Shown: positions 1 through 13,201 of the stretch, in pieces
Numbering within the stretch: position 1 is the first letter of the stretch
Layout: each line of letters opens with the position of its first letter
Assembly (NCBI GenBank): GCA_965153355.1
Contig: OZ231126.1
Span: forward strand, 25,296,001-25,360,000
Origin: Flaccisagitta enflata
Taxonomy: Eukaryota
DNA: 64,000 nucleotides
Reading direction: 5' to 3'
Notes under the pieces: generated by a model
Database searches by the model: none
Seen by the model: the letters and a program-made list of their open reading frames with translations, nothing else
What the model was told of the DNA's origin: nothing
Position numbers and translations under genes: made by a program

Positions 1-70
1 TAAATCAAGGGATATCCATTTAAGGATGGATTTAAGCCCAGGATTTCACTTCGCGAATAAGACGAGTGTG
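1..70. repeat. End of a dispersed element also present at about 27660-27739
   Basis: AAGGGATATCCATTT..GGATGGAT.TAAGCCCAGGATT..ATTTCACTTC.CGAAT..GAGTGTG occurs at both sites. Confidence 0.7.
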
Positions 71-100
71 TCTGACAGAGATGCATTCCTGACGGACGTA

Positions 101-1016
101 ACCTTGGGGAAATAAGAAATAAGAAACCTTTCTTCTGAACCTCAACGTAAGAAAAATAGGTTGAAATTGGTGATGCCTAGAAAGCTGTTGGAAAGATCGT
201 TCATTTGAGTTGTGTCTGGAAATTCTAGCTCATATGGTTTGGAAGCTACAGTGATTTGAATAAAACTACTCATTTTCTGGTCATTTAAAGTCATAATAAA
301 GATAGAAGACTTAATCCGATTGCCTTAAAATTTTGGGTGGTAATTAGGTTGTTTGTCATCTCATACCAGTTAGATTTTTGTGTTTATCGGATGATTTTTA
401 CTATGGTTTTCATACTTTTTTATTCCAGATCTTAGAAAAACAGACCAAAATTGACATCCTATGCTTCAGTTGCATATATTTCTCAACTGTTTTAACAAAA
501 CATTTTCTTTGATGATCCAGCCTAAAGATCTTTCCCAGAGCTTAAACACCATCATGAATTTGATGTGATTTTTATCAAATTTTCATAGTCAAAATGATTT
601 AAAAAGAAACAAGTTGTCATCTCATTACCTCGGGTTTTTCTTGAAAATTTCCAAATCTTTCTCATGATAAAAATAATAGAAAAAATTGTCCGATTTGGAT
701 AATTCTTTAGGAGCTGTTAGATGAAGGTATGTATTGCTTTCAATTCAAATTTCATCTAAATCAGAAAAGTTTTACTATGGTTTTTGGATATTCTTTTTTG
801 AGCAATCATTCTTCACATGAGGTCAGAGCAGAAAAGGGGTAGTCTCATTTAAATAGCTCTAACTTTTTACCGGTTTGAGCCAGAGTTTCCAGACACGACT
901 CAAATGAAAGATTTTTCAAAGAGCTTTCTAAACATACCGATTTTAATAAGTTTTTCTCAATTTAAGGTGGATAGAATTAGTTTTCAAAATTCCGCCATTT
1001 TTTATTTCCCCAAGGT
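101..1016. mobile_element. TA-flanked MITE
   Basis: TA-ACCTTGGGGAAATAA ... TTATTTCCCCAAGGT-TA terminal inverted repeat. Confidence 0.65.
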
Positions 1017-1860
1017 TATCTAAAAATGTAAGATATCAATGTGAAAGAACGATAGAGCCTTTTTACAATCGAAAATATTTGTGGCTTGTGCAACAATTTA
1101 TCCTATATAAAACTCACACAATTAGTCAAAAGGAAACAGAAATTGAACAAAATTTGGAAAAGATATGGACATTTATATAGTGTAAGCTTCCATTACATAC
1201 ACATACATACCTAATCTGTGGTCTTTTGAAACACTATCAAAAATCCTTAGGCATATACTTTTTACTAAATGTGTCATATTTTCCTATCTTAAAAAATAGA
1301 TATCTTAATATTTTATTTAAAAATAATGAATATTTTAGGGAAAGGGTGTTGTTAGAGCTGTCTTCTGGCATTGATCGGGACCATCAACTCAGCCCAATTT
1401 TGGTTAGAGTTGACCTAATTGAAAAAAAGAGAACCAAGGTGTCCATATCCCTAGTTGAGCCCCTTTATCCTAATTAGGGGGGTGGGATTTAGGAGAATTT
1501 ATACTATATATGGTTATGGTTATGATTTTTAGTGATTAAAGGGAAAAAGGCCTTCATCTTCAAAGAAGATATATCATGGGATGATAGGTCACCATGAAGG
1601 GTAAAAAAGTTTTAGTACATGTCCAAAAATTTTTTTATAAACTATCAAACCAAACAGCTTCTGGTCATCAGTTGGAGTCCTGTACCTTAAAGGGTTTCGA
1701 CCCATATATATATACATATATACATACAAAAGTATCCACATACATATATATACACCTCCATAAATCACCGTTCCATGAAGGCATTACTTGCCAGTTGTGG
1801 TGAATTTATGTCATACAGGTACAAGTTAAATGATTCAAAAGAATGCACTTGTTTCATTTT

Positions 1861-2070
1861 TCACTCGATTCTTTCCCACATTCGAATTCCTCCAATGCTA
1901 ACAGAGGTGTAGCCCGGGTAACTGGAATCCAAAACGCTGATGCCCAAACATTTGAAGGATCCTTTGACGCTTTTCTCCACGTCACAATATTTGCTCTGCG
2001 TGTGCCTTTCAAAATGGCGTCCGGAAAGATCTTCGCATAAAATGGTCCAAGCAGAGTATTCGTCGCAAAC
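1861..2070 (-). CDS. Terminal coding exon of the same F5/8C/CBM32-like gene
   Basis: Acceptor tttactctctaAG|GTT at 2070, phase 0 matching the upstream donor; 210 nt: VCDEYSAWTILCEDLSGRHFERHTQSKYCDVEKSVKGSFKCLGISVLDSSYPGYTSVSIGGIRMWERIE*. This frame is not in the supplied ORF track. Confidence 0.8.
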   Translation of the reverse strand, partial: VCDEYSAWTILCEDLSGRHFERHTQSKYCDVEKSVKGSFKCLGISVLDSSYPGYTSVSIGGIRMWERIE

Positions 2071-2160
2071 CTTAGAGAGTAAAGAGGTAAAAAGTTTTTA
2101 AGATTAATGCGAGGACGAAGTTGCGAAGACAAGAGGCTAGTGGTTACCAAAACGATATTA

Positions 2161-2636
<476 letters not shown>

Positions 2637-2648
2637 GACATCATATAC

Positions 2649-2947
2649 CTCGTCATTGGTGCCGATGAATTGCCATTTCGTGGCCCCACACCAGAAGCCA
2701 GCATCGCCGCAGTGCTTGTCGTGGCGAGGACGGAAAGAGACGCGTCCAGGTACAATGCCTGACTTGAATTCATACCAGACCAAATGCGGAAATGGGACAA
2801 CATTGCCTCCTTCGCCTCTCGCATTTTTGCCAGTATGCAGATATCTCATGTTTTGGTCAAATGCCGATTGTGGCGTATATCCGGTTGAATAAGTCGATGA
2901 AGCGTGAGCAGAGCCCCCGACAAAACGAATTTGTTTCAACACGTTGT
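2649..2947 (-). CDS. Internal exon of an F5/8-type C (discoidin/CBM32-like) domain gene
   Basis: Acceptor tcatttcttctcccAG|AC at 2947, donor GAG|GTATAT at 2649; 2 nt + 99 codons, no stops: NVLKQIRFVGGSAHASSTYSTGYTPQSAFD..YLHTG..FPHLVWYEF..VSFRPRHD..GATKWQFIGTNDE, matching the ASS..AFD..HT..PH..PR pattern of galactose-binding-like folds. Confidence 0.8.
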
Positions 2948-3311
2948 CTGGGAGAAGAAATGATGGAGAGAGGAGGGAATGGAAAAGGATAGCAGAAAAT
3001 ACATGGCCGAAAACACGACTTATCTACCGGGTCATCCAGCTGATTCTGTTAAGCTTTTAATCACAGATGCTAAAAGTCATGTATTTGAAATTGATCAAAT
3101 CTTAAAGAATATATATTGACGTTTTTTTTGTCAAAATTTCATCCATTTTGTTCAAGTAGTTTGTCCTTAACGTGGATTTGAAGTTAAAGCTTTTGTTTCG
3201 GGACTGAGCAGATTTTCCAATAAATTCCAGGAATTGTGCATGTTAACATCACAATTCTTTTTTGAATCATCTGAGCCATCAATCCAAAAAAGGCTTCTGC
3301 TGGTTGCAGTC

Positions 3312-3344
3312 NNNNNNNNNNNNNNNNNNNNNNNNNNNNNNNNN
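3312..3344. other. Assembly gap (second gap at 11633-11642)
   Basis: Runs of N. Confidence 1.
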
Positions 3345-3586
3345 AACGAAAAAACTCGACGGTAGCTATCGAGCAATAATGCTTAACATCATAAGATGAC
3401 AAATTTTCGATACAGAGGCGAACCCGGCGGATATGTACGTTAAATAAGTTTCACACGTTACAGATTTAAAACCAACATCTTTGATTATAAATGTGCTTAA
3501 TCGTGGGCGCAAACTAGAGCATATTATGACATCGTCAAACTTCAACTTCAAAAGCGCCCGGGGCGCTAATTGGAGCAAATACGGTA
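3345..3586. mobile_element. Right end of a pogo-like MITE (left end probably lost in the N gap)
   Basis: Ends GCGCCCGGGGCGCTAATTGGAGCAAATACGG-TA, a TA-CCGTATTT-type terminus. Confidence 0.4.
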
Positions 3587-3685
3587 TCTGTTAAAACTCA
3601 ATACAAAATCATCTGGGTTATGTGTAAAGTATTGGAGGTCGCTGCGCCCCTTTCCCTGACTTTTTTCTCTTCGACATCCCTTCAG

Positions 3686-3786
3686 TTTTGAGTGCAAGCC
3701 AAGTCACTAAGGACCTCTTCTGGAACCTTTCCAAGTCCGATCTCTACGACGTGAACAAAAAAGAAACGCCTGAGAGACAGAATTGA
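3686..3786 (+). CDS. Candidate terminal exon, unknown product
   Basis: Polypyrimidine tract plus ttcAG, then LSASQVTKDLFWNLSKSDLYDVNKKETPERQN*. Confidence 0.2.
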
Positions 3787-3995
3787 AAAAAACAAAAGTT
3801 TCCATACACTAAATGAAAAAAAAAGAAGGAATCTGTTTCATGTCCTTCATTTTTTCCTCTCTCATTTTTCTGTCAACTCATCAACATTTCCTCTCTCTCT
3901 CTCTTTATTTTTTTCTTGCTTTCAATTTCACTGGGTCTGTTCTTCGTCTTTCATATTTTTTGTTGCCTCCCTAGATTGGCTAGTTGTGCAATTTG

Positions 3996-4112
<117 letters not shown>

Positions 4113-4262
4113 AAAAGACTTATTGAAACGGGAGGGAAACCCAAAGCAAGACAGATCAGATAAACAGGCCATGTGCAAGCAAGACAAAGTGTGAAACAAG
4201 GAAGATAGATACAAAAACAGAAAAGCCGGCCGATAAACATGCAGACCGCAACCTAAGAAAAG

Positions 4263-4401
<139 letters not shown>

Positions 4402-4544
4402 AAATGAAAAATATATATATGATATATATAACTGATCTTTCTCCAATCAGAGCTCAAGAGAGTCCGTTTATCAAAGCGGAATTTGCCAAAAGTCTCCACC
4501 GCTTAAGCCCTCACGCCTCCCAAGTTGACAAAACAGTTTCAAAG

Positions 4545-6020
4545 CTAAAGAGGAAGCGAGGGAGAGATAGAAGTGGGGAAAGAAGAAAGGGAAGACAGAA
4601 AGGGAAAGCGAAGGAGAGATAGAAAAGTGGGGAAAGAGAAGAAAGTGGGAACACAGAAAGGGAAAGCGAAGGAGAGATAGAAGGGGGGAAAGAGAAGAAA
4701 GTGGGAAGACAGAAAGGGAAAGCGAAGGAGAGATAGAAGGGGGGGAAAGAGAAGAAAGTGGGAAGACAGAAAGGGAAGGAGAGGAAAGAAGCAAGGAAAA
4801 GGAGACAGAGTGGATGAGAAAAAAACTAAGCGAAAGGGAAGCTGGGGCATAGGGAAGGTAAGTGGAATAAAGAACAATAACTAGAGACGGGAAGACAGGG
4901 AGGTGAGGGGAATGAAGGGGAGGAAAAGGAGACAGAAGGGAAACGTTCAGACAGGTTGGGAGAAAGAGAGGGAATAGTGACAAAAGGGATGTGGAGGAAC
5001 AGGAATGGTCACTGAGACGAAGGAGAGGAAATCACAAAAAAAATCACAAAGAAAATTGAAGAAGAAGAAGAAGAAGAAGAAGAAGAAGAAGAAGAAGAAG
5101 AAGAAGAAGAAGAAGAAGAAGAAGGAGGGAAGATGAGGGAAAGGAAAGGCTAAAAAAAAGACATAATGGAAGCGAGGAGGCAGAAAAATAAGATGGGAGT
5201 AAGGTAAAGAAAATGCAAGTGGAGGGAAGAGAAAGGATAGAAGGGGAAAGTCTAGGATGGAGGAGTGTAAAATAAGACAGAGAAGAAGTGGAAGGCCAGG
5301 AATTGAATGCGGGGACAACAGAATATGCAAAGGAGAAAGAAGGGATGAGGGATGATAGAAAAAAGATGTATATAGGAGGATGTGCAGGGGATATCGGACA
5401 ATGAGCAAAAGGGCGAGTAGTTGTTAGGACACAAGAATGGATGACTGATGGAATGGGAAACTGACGGAAGCGAGTCAGAAATGAAGGAAGGAAGGAAGGA
5501 AGATAGGAAGGTAGGAAGGAAGGAACGAAGGTGGGATGGAAGGGAGGAAGGAAGAAAAGATGGATGGAAGTAAGTAAGGAAGGAAAGATGGAAAATATGG
5601 AGGAAGGGAGGAAGGAAGGAAGGAAGGAAGGAAGGAGAAAAAGAAGGAAAGAAAAGTGAAAGAAACAAAGAAACGGAGGTAGAAAGATAGGGATGAACGA
5701 TGGAAGAAACAAAGAAATGTAGGGAGTAAGGAAGGAAGGAAGGAAGGAAGGAAGGAAGGAAGGAAGGAAGGAAGGAAGGAAGGAAGGAAGGAAGGAAGAA
5801 ACTCCAAGGAAAGGAAGGGAGGGAGGAAGAAAAGAGGGAGGTTAAGAAAGAGGGAAGGATCCAAGGAAGGGGGAGATGAGGGGGGGGGACAAGAGCGAAA
5901 GAACAAAAAAAAGAAGAGAGCGAAAAAGAGTTGGGAGGAGAGAACAGTCTAGAAGAAAGTGGGACGAGTAGCGACACCTGGGAGAAGCGAAAGAAGAGCA
6001 AGAGAAAAAAAAAGAAGGGA
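4545..6020 (+). repeat. Purine-rich low-complexity tract with four ~57-bp tandem units (about 4553-4776), (GAA)n and (GGAA)n
   Basis: Unit AAGCGAAGGAGAGATAGAAGGGGGGAAAGAGAAGAAAGTGGGAAGACAGAAAGGGA repeated four times; very few pyrimidines overall. Confidence 0.85.
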
Positions 6021-7062
6021 AAGAACGATTTTGAGGTCACAGTTGTTCTCGGAAAATCATGCATTCTCAGGCAAACGATCGTCCATCGCGCTGCACGCAT
6101 TCCTTCCAGATTCGCTGACACCTGCAAAGAATTTGTCATGCACCCGCCGAGCAAAGACTAATGGCTTTCACCAGGTGGCAAACACGTATCGACTGTGTGG
6201 AGAATATGTTGAACCTGTTGGTTTCGTTGGGTCAAAAAACATACAAAGATGAGCTTCACTAGAGCGCATTCCAAGGGACTGGGCAAAATTATGCCTTATG
6301 CCTTATCACCACTATATGAATAACGACAATAACTTGTACAAGTTCTATGCCTTACAGGCCTGTATCACCCTGCAAACTACCGTATTTACGTAAATGAAAT
6401 ACAACATTGTCATTTTTACCCCACAATTGGCCATAAACCAAGTAACACCTGTTAAAGTAATATTGTCTCAAAAACAAATGGCTCACAAATTTTAATGCAG
6501 ACACTTAGAGCAATTCCGATTGCGACACCAGTTAGAGCTTGAAAAACTCTTTAATTTGCTCATGGATATCATCAAGATCAATTTGGCTATGTCATGATAT
6601 CTGTATTTCAGTGAAAACATTGACAATGCTAAACGCTATGAAATTACCAAAGTTATCAAACCATCTTTCAAAGTCTGTAAAACCTAAACTAAGATAGGTG
6701 ATGAGTGATGACATAAGGATTTCACAGCTGAACAGCTTTTTAAAAGAATTTCAATTTGCATATGGAATTTGATTTAGTTTTGTAAAATCAACATCAACTA
6801 GGTCGATTTTAAAATAAAAGAATAAAATAGCTGTTACCAATTTTTTTTTTAGTACCTAGGAAGATATCTTTCAAAATGGCTGCATAAAAGAAACAAAGTC
6901 CTACAACTCAGTTAGGATACCGTTGACAAAACAAAAAGTCTTTGAAAATCCTATTTTTTTAAGATCTCCTATCAGAAAGGACAAAGTAATGACAGTTTTA
7001 GATATGCTGTGACAACAATACTTTAAGAGGTGTTAACTGTTAAGTTAATAGTAGAAAAGTAT

Positions 7063-7225
7063 AGTAAAGTAAAGTAAAGTAAAGTAAAGTAAAGTAAAGT
7101 AGAGTAAAGTAAAGTAAAGTAAAGTAAAGTAAAGTAGAATAAAGTAAAGTAAAGTAAAGTAAAGTAAAGTAAAGTAAAGTAAAGTAAAGTAAAGTAAAGT
7201 AAAGTAAAGTAAAGTAAGTAAAGTT
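7063..7225 (+). repeat. (GTAAA)n microsatellite
   Basis: Direct read. Confidence 0.95.
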
Positions 7226-7956
7226 AAAGCCCATGAAGTAAGTAAATACTATTTTTATTATCTCTCATGGAAGGGGACGCTGTATGATCATTTAAAACAG
7301 TTTAGATATGCAAAGGGGAGACATCTTACGTCCACCAGCCAACTCGTACTCCCAAACTCCACCTCTACTTTTTTGAAGCTCCCTCACAGCGTAACTCTAC
7401 CTAGCTTACGCTGGCACTGCACTTCCGTCCTCATGTACATGCATCGATTTAACGACCACATTGCGCACCCCCGTTCATGACCTGGGATGCATCGTTGTGC
7501 ATGGCGTTGATTTGCATCCACGGCAATGTCCTAGTTTTTCCATCTTCAAAATGGCAAGACCATCGAGGAAAAGAACTAAAATGTGATGCATTCGATTGGA
7601 TCGCATCGCATTGGATTGGATTGCATCCATGGTGATGAGCTGATGACCCAGTTTTCCAGCGTCATTCTCCACAACATGACGTGATTGTAGTCAAGTCGAG
7701 TCGAGTGAGTTAATGAGATGCACCAACGAGGCAATTTGCATTGCATTCGTCGCGTCGGCGGAATTTTATGGCATCACTCGAGGAAAAGAAAAAGAGAAAC
7801 GTCGTGAGGCGCCATCTTTCTCGTTAGCAGTGTAACACGTCATCCTGTCCTTCCGTTACACTTTCTACGCAACTTGTGCTATGAACAACATGCACAATAT
7901 TTTCAAGGGTTACCGTGTTTTAAGCCTTTTCATTTATGCTCGGCTCATTATCCAAT

Positions 7957-9025
7957 CAATAGTCGCAAAAGCGTTAGATGGTCAGCGGTACCCATTGCCT
8001 CTACGTGTGTGTTTGCGGATTTGTGATGGTTAGAGGGGCAGCAGCCCCAAAGGGACCAAAGACCTATGCATTGTATGTTTAGAGGCTTGGGGCAGGGATT
8101 TTAGCCTTAATGCAGGGATTTGAGCCTTGAGGTTGGTGTTTGAGCCTTGAGGCTGGAATATAAGCAGACCTTTTCTTAGTCATTTTTTTGAGCGGGCCAG
8201 TCGGGCCCGCTCCTCAAAATTTTACATAACTCAGCCTTCTTTTTGCCCTTTCTTGGGAGTTAACTCATCTTCTCTCAAATTAAAATTAGTAGTAATATTT
8301 TTTTCCATTTCATTGTGGCAACACTTAGAAACGAAACGGTAATTTACTACGATAAAGAGTGGATATAAAGCAACCTTTCGCAAAGGTTCAGGATTGATTG
8401 AATACCCCACACAGAAAATTTGCAAGCCTGCTCCTAACTCAGAGGGACCTATTAAAAACTCGCAAAATTCCAATTCCTGCATTTAAAAAATCTTTATCTA
8501 CTAGAGCCCAAACGTGCTGTAGAACCTACTGAGCCAAGAGCAAAAATGTCCCTTAGATGAACATGACGTTATATAAAACCCCATAAGGTGCAGTAATTAC
8601 ATGTATAAGAACATTTCTATACCATAACAATATCTCTACGCATGACCGGCTTATATTTTTTGACCTGCGGTACACTGCATCTACGCATATGGAACCAAAG
8701 ACCCATGCATCATATCGTCGATATTTGGGGCAGGATCACCATTGGCAAAAAGGGATTTGAGCCCTGAGGGCTGGTAGGTTGGTTCTCTCTTTGAGCACTA
8801 GGAATTATAGCTTGGCCAACTGATTTGGAGCCCTGCCTGGGATCTATGCCTCAGCCCCAGATCTGAGCCTCACCATAGGATCTGTTCTCATGTTAATCTG
8901 CTCAATGTGAGGTGACACCAGAGGCACATGAACAGCTGCACAGAACACAACACATACACACACACAATAAAAATAATATACATGAAAGCATAGGTCATCG
9001 GCCCCTTTGGGGCCGCTGCCCAAAA
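7957..9025 (-). mobile_element. Family B foldback/Helentron-like element with an internal insertion (about 8166-8745)
   Basis: GGGCAGC.GCCCCAAAGGG..GACCTATGC inverted pair (about 8036, 9021) plus the GGTACCGCTGACCATCT.ACGCTTTTGCGACTATTG tail shared with the copies ending at 36450 and 51414. Confidence 0.75.
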
Positions 9026-9466
9026 ATACCAAGACTTCATGAATCATGGTCTTGATTTCAACATGCTTTATTAGTTATCCCAATATCTAAGGCGCGTAAA
9101 TGCCACTAGATGGGCAACATTCCAGTTGCACCCACGCTATCGTCTTTGCTCTACATTGAGATGACCCCCTCTATGAGAGAGATGCCACTCCATTTATGAG
9201 AAGTCATGGCCTGTTGCTGATCGCGTTTGCTTGCGATGGTGTTGATCAGTTTACCATTTACCTTTTTTTACGATTTGTTAATGTATATGAGCTGACTTTG
9301 ATCAGATGAAAACGGCAATTCAAATGCCAAATAATCTTGTGTCCTTGATCCTTCGCGTTAACCCTCACAGGTCCTAAACCTGATTTTTTGTACCTTCAAT
9401 GAGAGGATGCTTGAGCTAGTCTCACAGAAGAGATTTGCGCCAGTAGGCAAGCGCAAGAAGGCGTCA

Positions 9467-9962
9467 GTCACGTGACTATCAGGCCTCGGTCACGTGACTA
9501 TCAGGCCTCGGTCTTGTGACTATCAGGCCTCAGTCACGTGACTAAAAGGCCTTAAGTCATGTGACTATCAGGCCTTGGTCACATGACTATCAGGCCTCGG
9601 TCACGTGACTATCAGGCCTTAAGTCGCGTGACTATCAGACCTAAGTCACGTGACTATCAGGCCTTGGTCACATGACTACAAGGCCTCGATCAAGTGACTT
9701 TCAGGCCTAAGTCACTTGACTATAAGGCCTAAGTCACGTGACTAATAGGCCTCGGTCACGTGACCATCAGGCCTCTGTCACGTGACTATCAGGCCTCGGT
9801 CACGTGACTATTAGGCCTAAGTCACGTGACTCTCAGGCCTAAGTCACTTGACTATCAGGCCTCGATCATGTGACTATCAGGCCTCGGTCATGTGACTATG
9901 AGGCCTAAGTCACGTGACTCTCAGGCCTAAGTCACGTGACTATCAGGCCTAAGTCACGTGAA
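9467..9962. repeat. 22-bp minisatellite, about 23 units of GTCACGTGAC-TATC-AGGCCT-(CG/AA)
   Basis: Units counted by eye; 12 retain a perfect GTCACGTGAC. Confidence 0.95.
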
Positions 9963-10083
9963 CTCGTGTGCAGAAAGACGAAATCGCGTTTTATTTCTTC
10001 CTTGGGTCGAAAGGCCGACGCTTAATATGATTTTTATGCGAAGGCGAGGCGATGAAAAAAGAAGACAAGAACATGCAGAGGAG

Positions 10084-10183
<100 letters not shown>

Positions 10184-10910
10184 GTTGAGAGAGAGAGAGA
10201 GATGAGCGAGAAAATCCAGACAGACAAATAGACAGACCGAAAGACAAAAAGCTACATAGACAGGAAGGAATAAAGGAAAACGGACCGTAAAGAAGACGTG
10301 CAGTGCATGTGATGAGAAAGTGTAAAAGAAATGAGGAAAAGGAACAGACGCAGATCAAAATGTACAAGAAGCAATAGATCTTCTTTTTTTTCTAAAGCGC
10401 GAATGAAACTGATAGAGGCCGAAGGAGGCATTTTATATTCGAATATACAGCAGAAGAGATTTCTATGCCTCAACCTATATACAAACATCTAGCCCCATTT
10501 ACAAACATGCAGCCGAATAGGCAAATGCATCAGGCCAAATTGACAAACATCAAGCCGAACTACGTTATGAAAATTCTATCCGTGTGCGTTGGACCGGGCG
10601 CAGTTTGGGCTTTCGGAAATCGTTTCCTCCTTTTTTTCAAGAGCTCAATTTGAGTCATCCTAAACTATCCATGCCCCTCACGCGACTTATAGGTGTTGGC
10701 CTTGTTTTTTCAAATTCCTGAATTGAGTCGGGCACTGTACATATACGGCAGGTGTTTGCGCAGCAATCGTCAGGTCGCCACAAGTTACCTTACGAAATTT
10801 TACGGATAGGTTTCATGACAAGTTCCTGACACACAAGTGTTGGATTGAATGGGACTAGCACGAATGTTTTTTATTCCAAATAAATTTTGTTTATTTGATC
10901 GCATCATGTA

Positions 10911-11078
10911 CAGTTGAACCCCGCGCCAACGGACCCGCATTTAACAGAATTCCGCCCTATCAGATGATAAATCTTTATCCCTTTAGCCTGTTTTCTTCAA
11001 TTTTCTATATTGGCTCGATCCTAGTTTGTCCTATAACATTATCATTTGCTAGAAATCCGTTGTAGTGGGATTTAACTG
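10911..11078. mobile_element. pogo/Tigger-like MITE
   Basis: TA-CAGTTGAACCCCGC ... GTGGGATTTAACTG-TA; relative at 21498-21674. Confidence 0.7.
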
Positions 11079-13201
11079 TATGTCAGAAGCGTCAACAATT
11101 ATGATAAGCAAGACAGTTCAAGGCAGTATTGATTACTGCCAAACGTTAATACGCAAAATCACTTTAGTTGAGCACGGCAGAAAACCCTTTTTTTGTAAAA
11201 TAAAAAAAAAGAAAATTATGTCTGAGAATGCGAAATTTGGGGCGAGGCATTTTCTGTCTTCGTCGGGTGTAACAACTGGCTTAAGTCTCGAGAAGAAAAC
11301 GAAGATCGCAGGCCTAAATTTCGCGAAAATCCATTTATTACTCTTTTCCCTGTCAGAACTAAAGCCTTTCCAAAACCGACTTTCTTTTAGTTTTCTTTAT
11401 TCTTTCTCTCTTTCTCTCTTTCTCTCTTTCTCTCCTTCTCTCTTTCTCTTCGTCTCGGCTTCGCGGAACCGCCTTGAAATTCTCTTTTACGTGATGAAAA
11501 TGAAAAGAAACAGAAAGATTTTTCGTTTTAAAAATGAAACAAAACGAAAATGAAGTGGGTGGAATGACCGGGGGAGGGGGACGCAATCAACGAAAGCTTA
11601 GAAATATGTACACCATGTTGTCGTTTTTTTTTNNNNNNNNNNTCGCATAGAGGGTCGCCGGGCATCGAAGTCAGCGCCATTTGTCGTATACGAGTATAAA
11701 GTCAGACTATGTCCCGGCGTTGTCGAGCGCCATCCGACAGACAGGCGCGCTGCCGTGGTCGTTCTGCTCGCCGTGGTGAGAAACGGCGTCAAAAGGCGCT
11801 GGTATCCTTCCATTTCCAGAGACAGCCGTGTTCTCATTGGCGCTGGCAGAAATGATTTGACCTTTCATTACCGATTCAAACCTGGCGAGATAAGGTTTAG
11901 ATGATTTGGCGAATGAGATTGTGGTTGTTGCGCGCCACGCGCCGCTATTAACCAATTTCGCTGGAGGTTTAAGATGAAAAGAAATCGAGTCGTTTTTAAA
12001 TTGTTGAAATATACCATGCCTACGAAGCCTGAATCTGGCACTGCCCAGAGCGCCATCTGACTGACGACTTAAAGTAAAGAAAGCTGGCTGAATTGGAAAA
12101 TAGGAAGGTGATCGTCTCGCTTATTCCGCAAAAATTTCAATAACTGAAGAGAGGGGGAAAAATGAAAGGAAAGTGGGCGTTAATGATCAGCAAACGCAAA
12201 GATAACATGAAATCGAGATAGGACACAATAATGGACAGAAACTGTATACGACAACATGTTCATCTTCTTCAGAGCCCATGCTACCTGATAATACCATGCC
12301 TCTGCCCTGGCCCATCCCATTAAATCTCATCTATATTATCCTTTATAGCATGGATCGATAAGTTATAAAAAACTATACTTAAATCCGCGAGAAAATGTAA
12401 AAGGGCAAAAGACAAAAATAACAGACTGAAAACAAGAGAAAAATAACGTTAATAAAAGCAAACACGTGTCTATAAAACTTACTTTTAGGCCCACTTTCGT
12501 TGGTTTCAACCCACAGTCTGTCGATGTCAAATTAACGTTAATTGTCCGTTCATTAGTTTATCTGCAATAAAAAGATGAGAGATTATTGAAATTAGTGAAT
12601 TCCAAGGGCGCATTCAAACGATCATAAAAATCAATCAATCACTTTAAGAAGCGATGCCATAATTAAATAAAATCAATCAATCCAAAAATTGGATGATACG
12701 AAAGACGAGTTACGTATATTTGCCTACGTAGTAAAAACAAATGGCACAAAATCAAGGCGCAACCATATGGTTACCCATCTAGCGTTCAATATAAAAAATG
12801 GCAAGAAACAAAAGACACGGGCATCGAATAGTAGAGAAAGAGAAAAAGCCAAAAGCACGCAAAAGAGACAGAAGGCACACACACCTAAGAGACGGACAGA
12901 CATACATTTCCAACAGACATCAACTTTGGTAAACTGCTGTTCCTTAACAAATTGAGCATTTTATAGTTTCAACAACTCTTTAAAATGGGACCAATTTGAT
13001 TGATGCGGCTTCATTCGTTTTAGAGCTTACTTTCAGGTGGGCTTATTTCTATTTCTAAGATAGGTTGATGGATCTATGGATTGACGGCTGGATATGTGGA
13101 TGGCTGGACCGATGTGCCGCTACATGGACAGACGTACAAACAGCTGAAACATCGATGGATGGACTGAAATAAAAAAAACTGATTCCAATACACGTTATGT
13201 A

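Noticed and set aside
6040-6125. Upstream exon of the lectin-like gene
   Set aside because: A plausible minus-strand acceptor exists, but two frames stop quickly and no convincing donor was found.
9467-9962. CRISPR-like palindromic repeat array
   Set aside because: Units are directly tandem with no unique spacers, there are no cas genes, and the context is eukaryotic.
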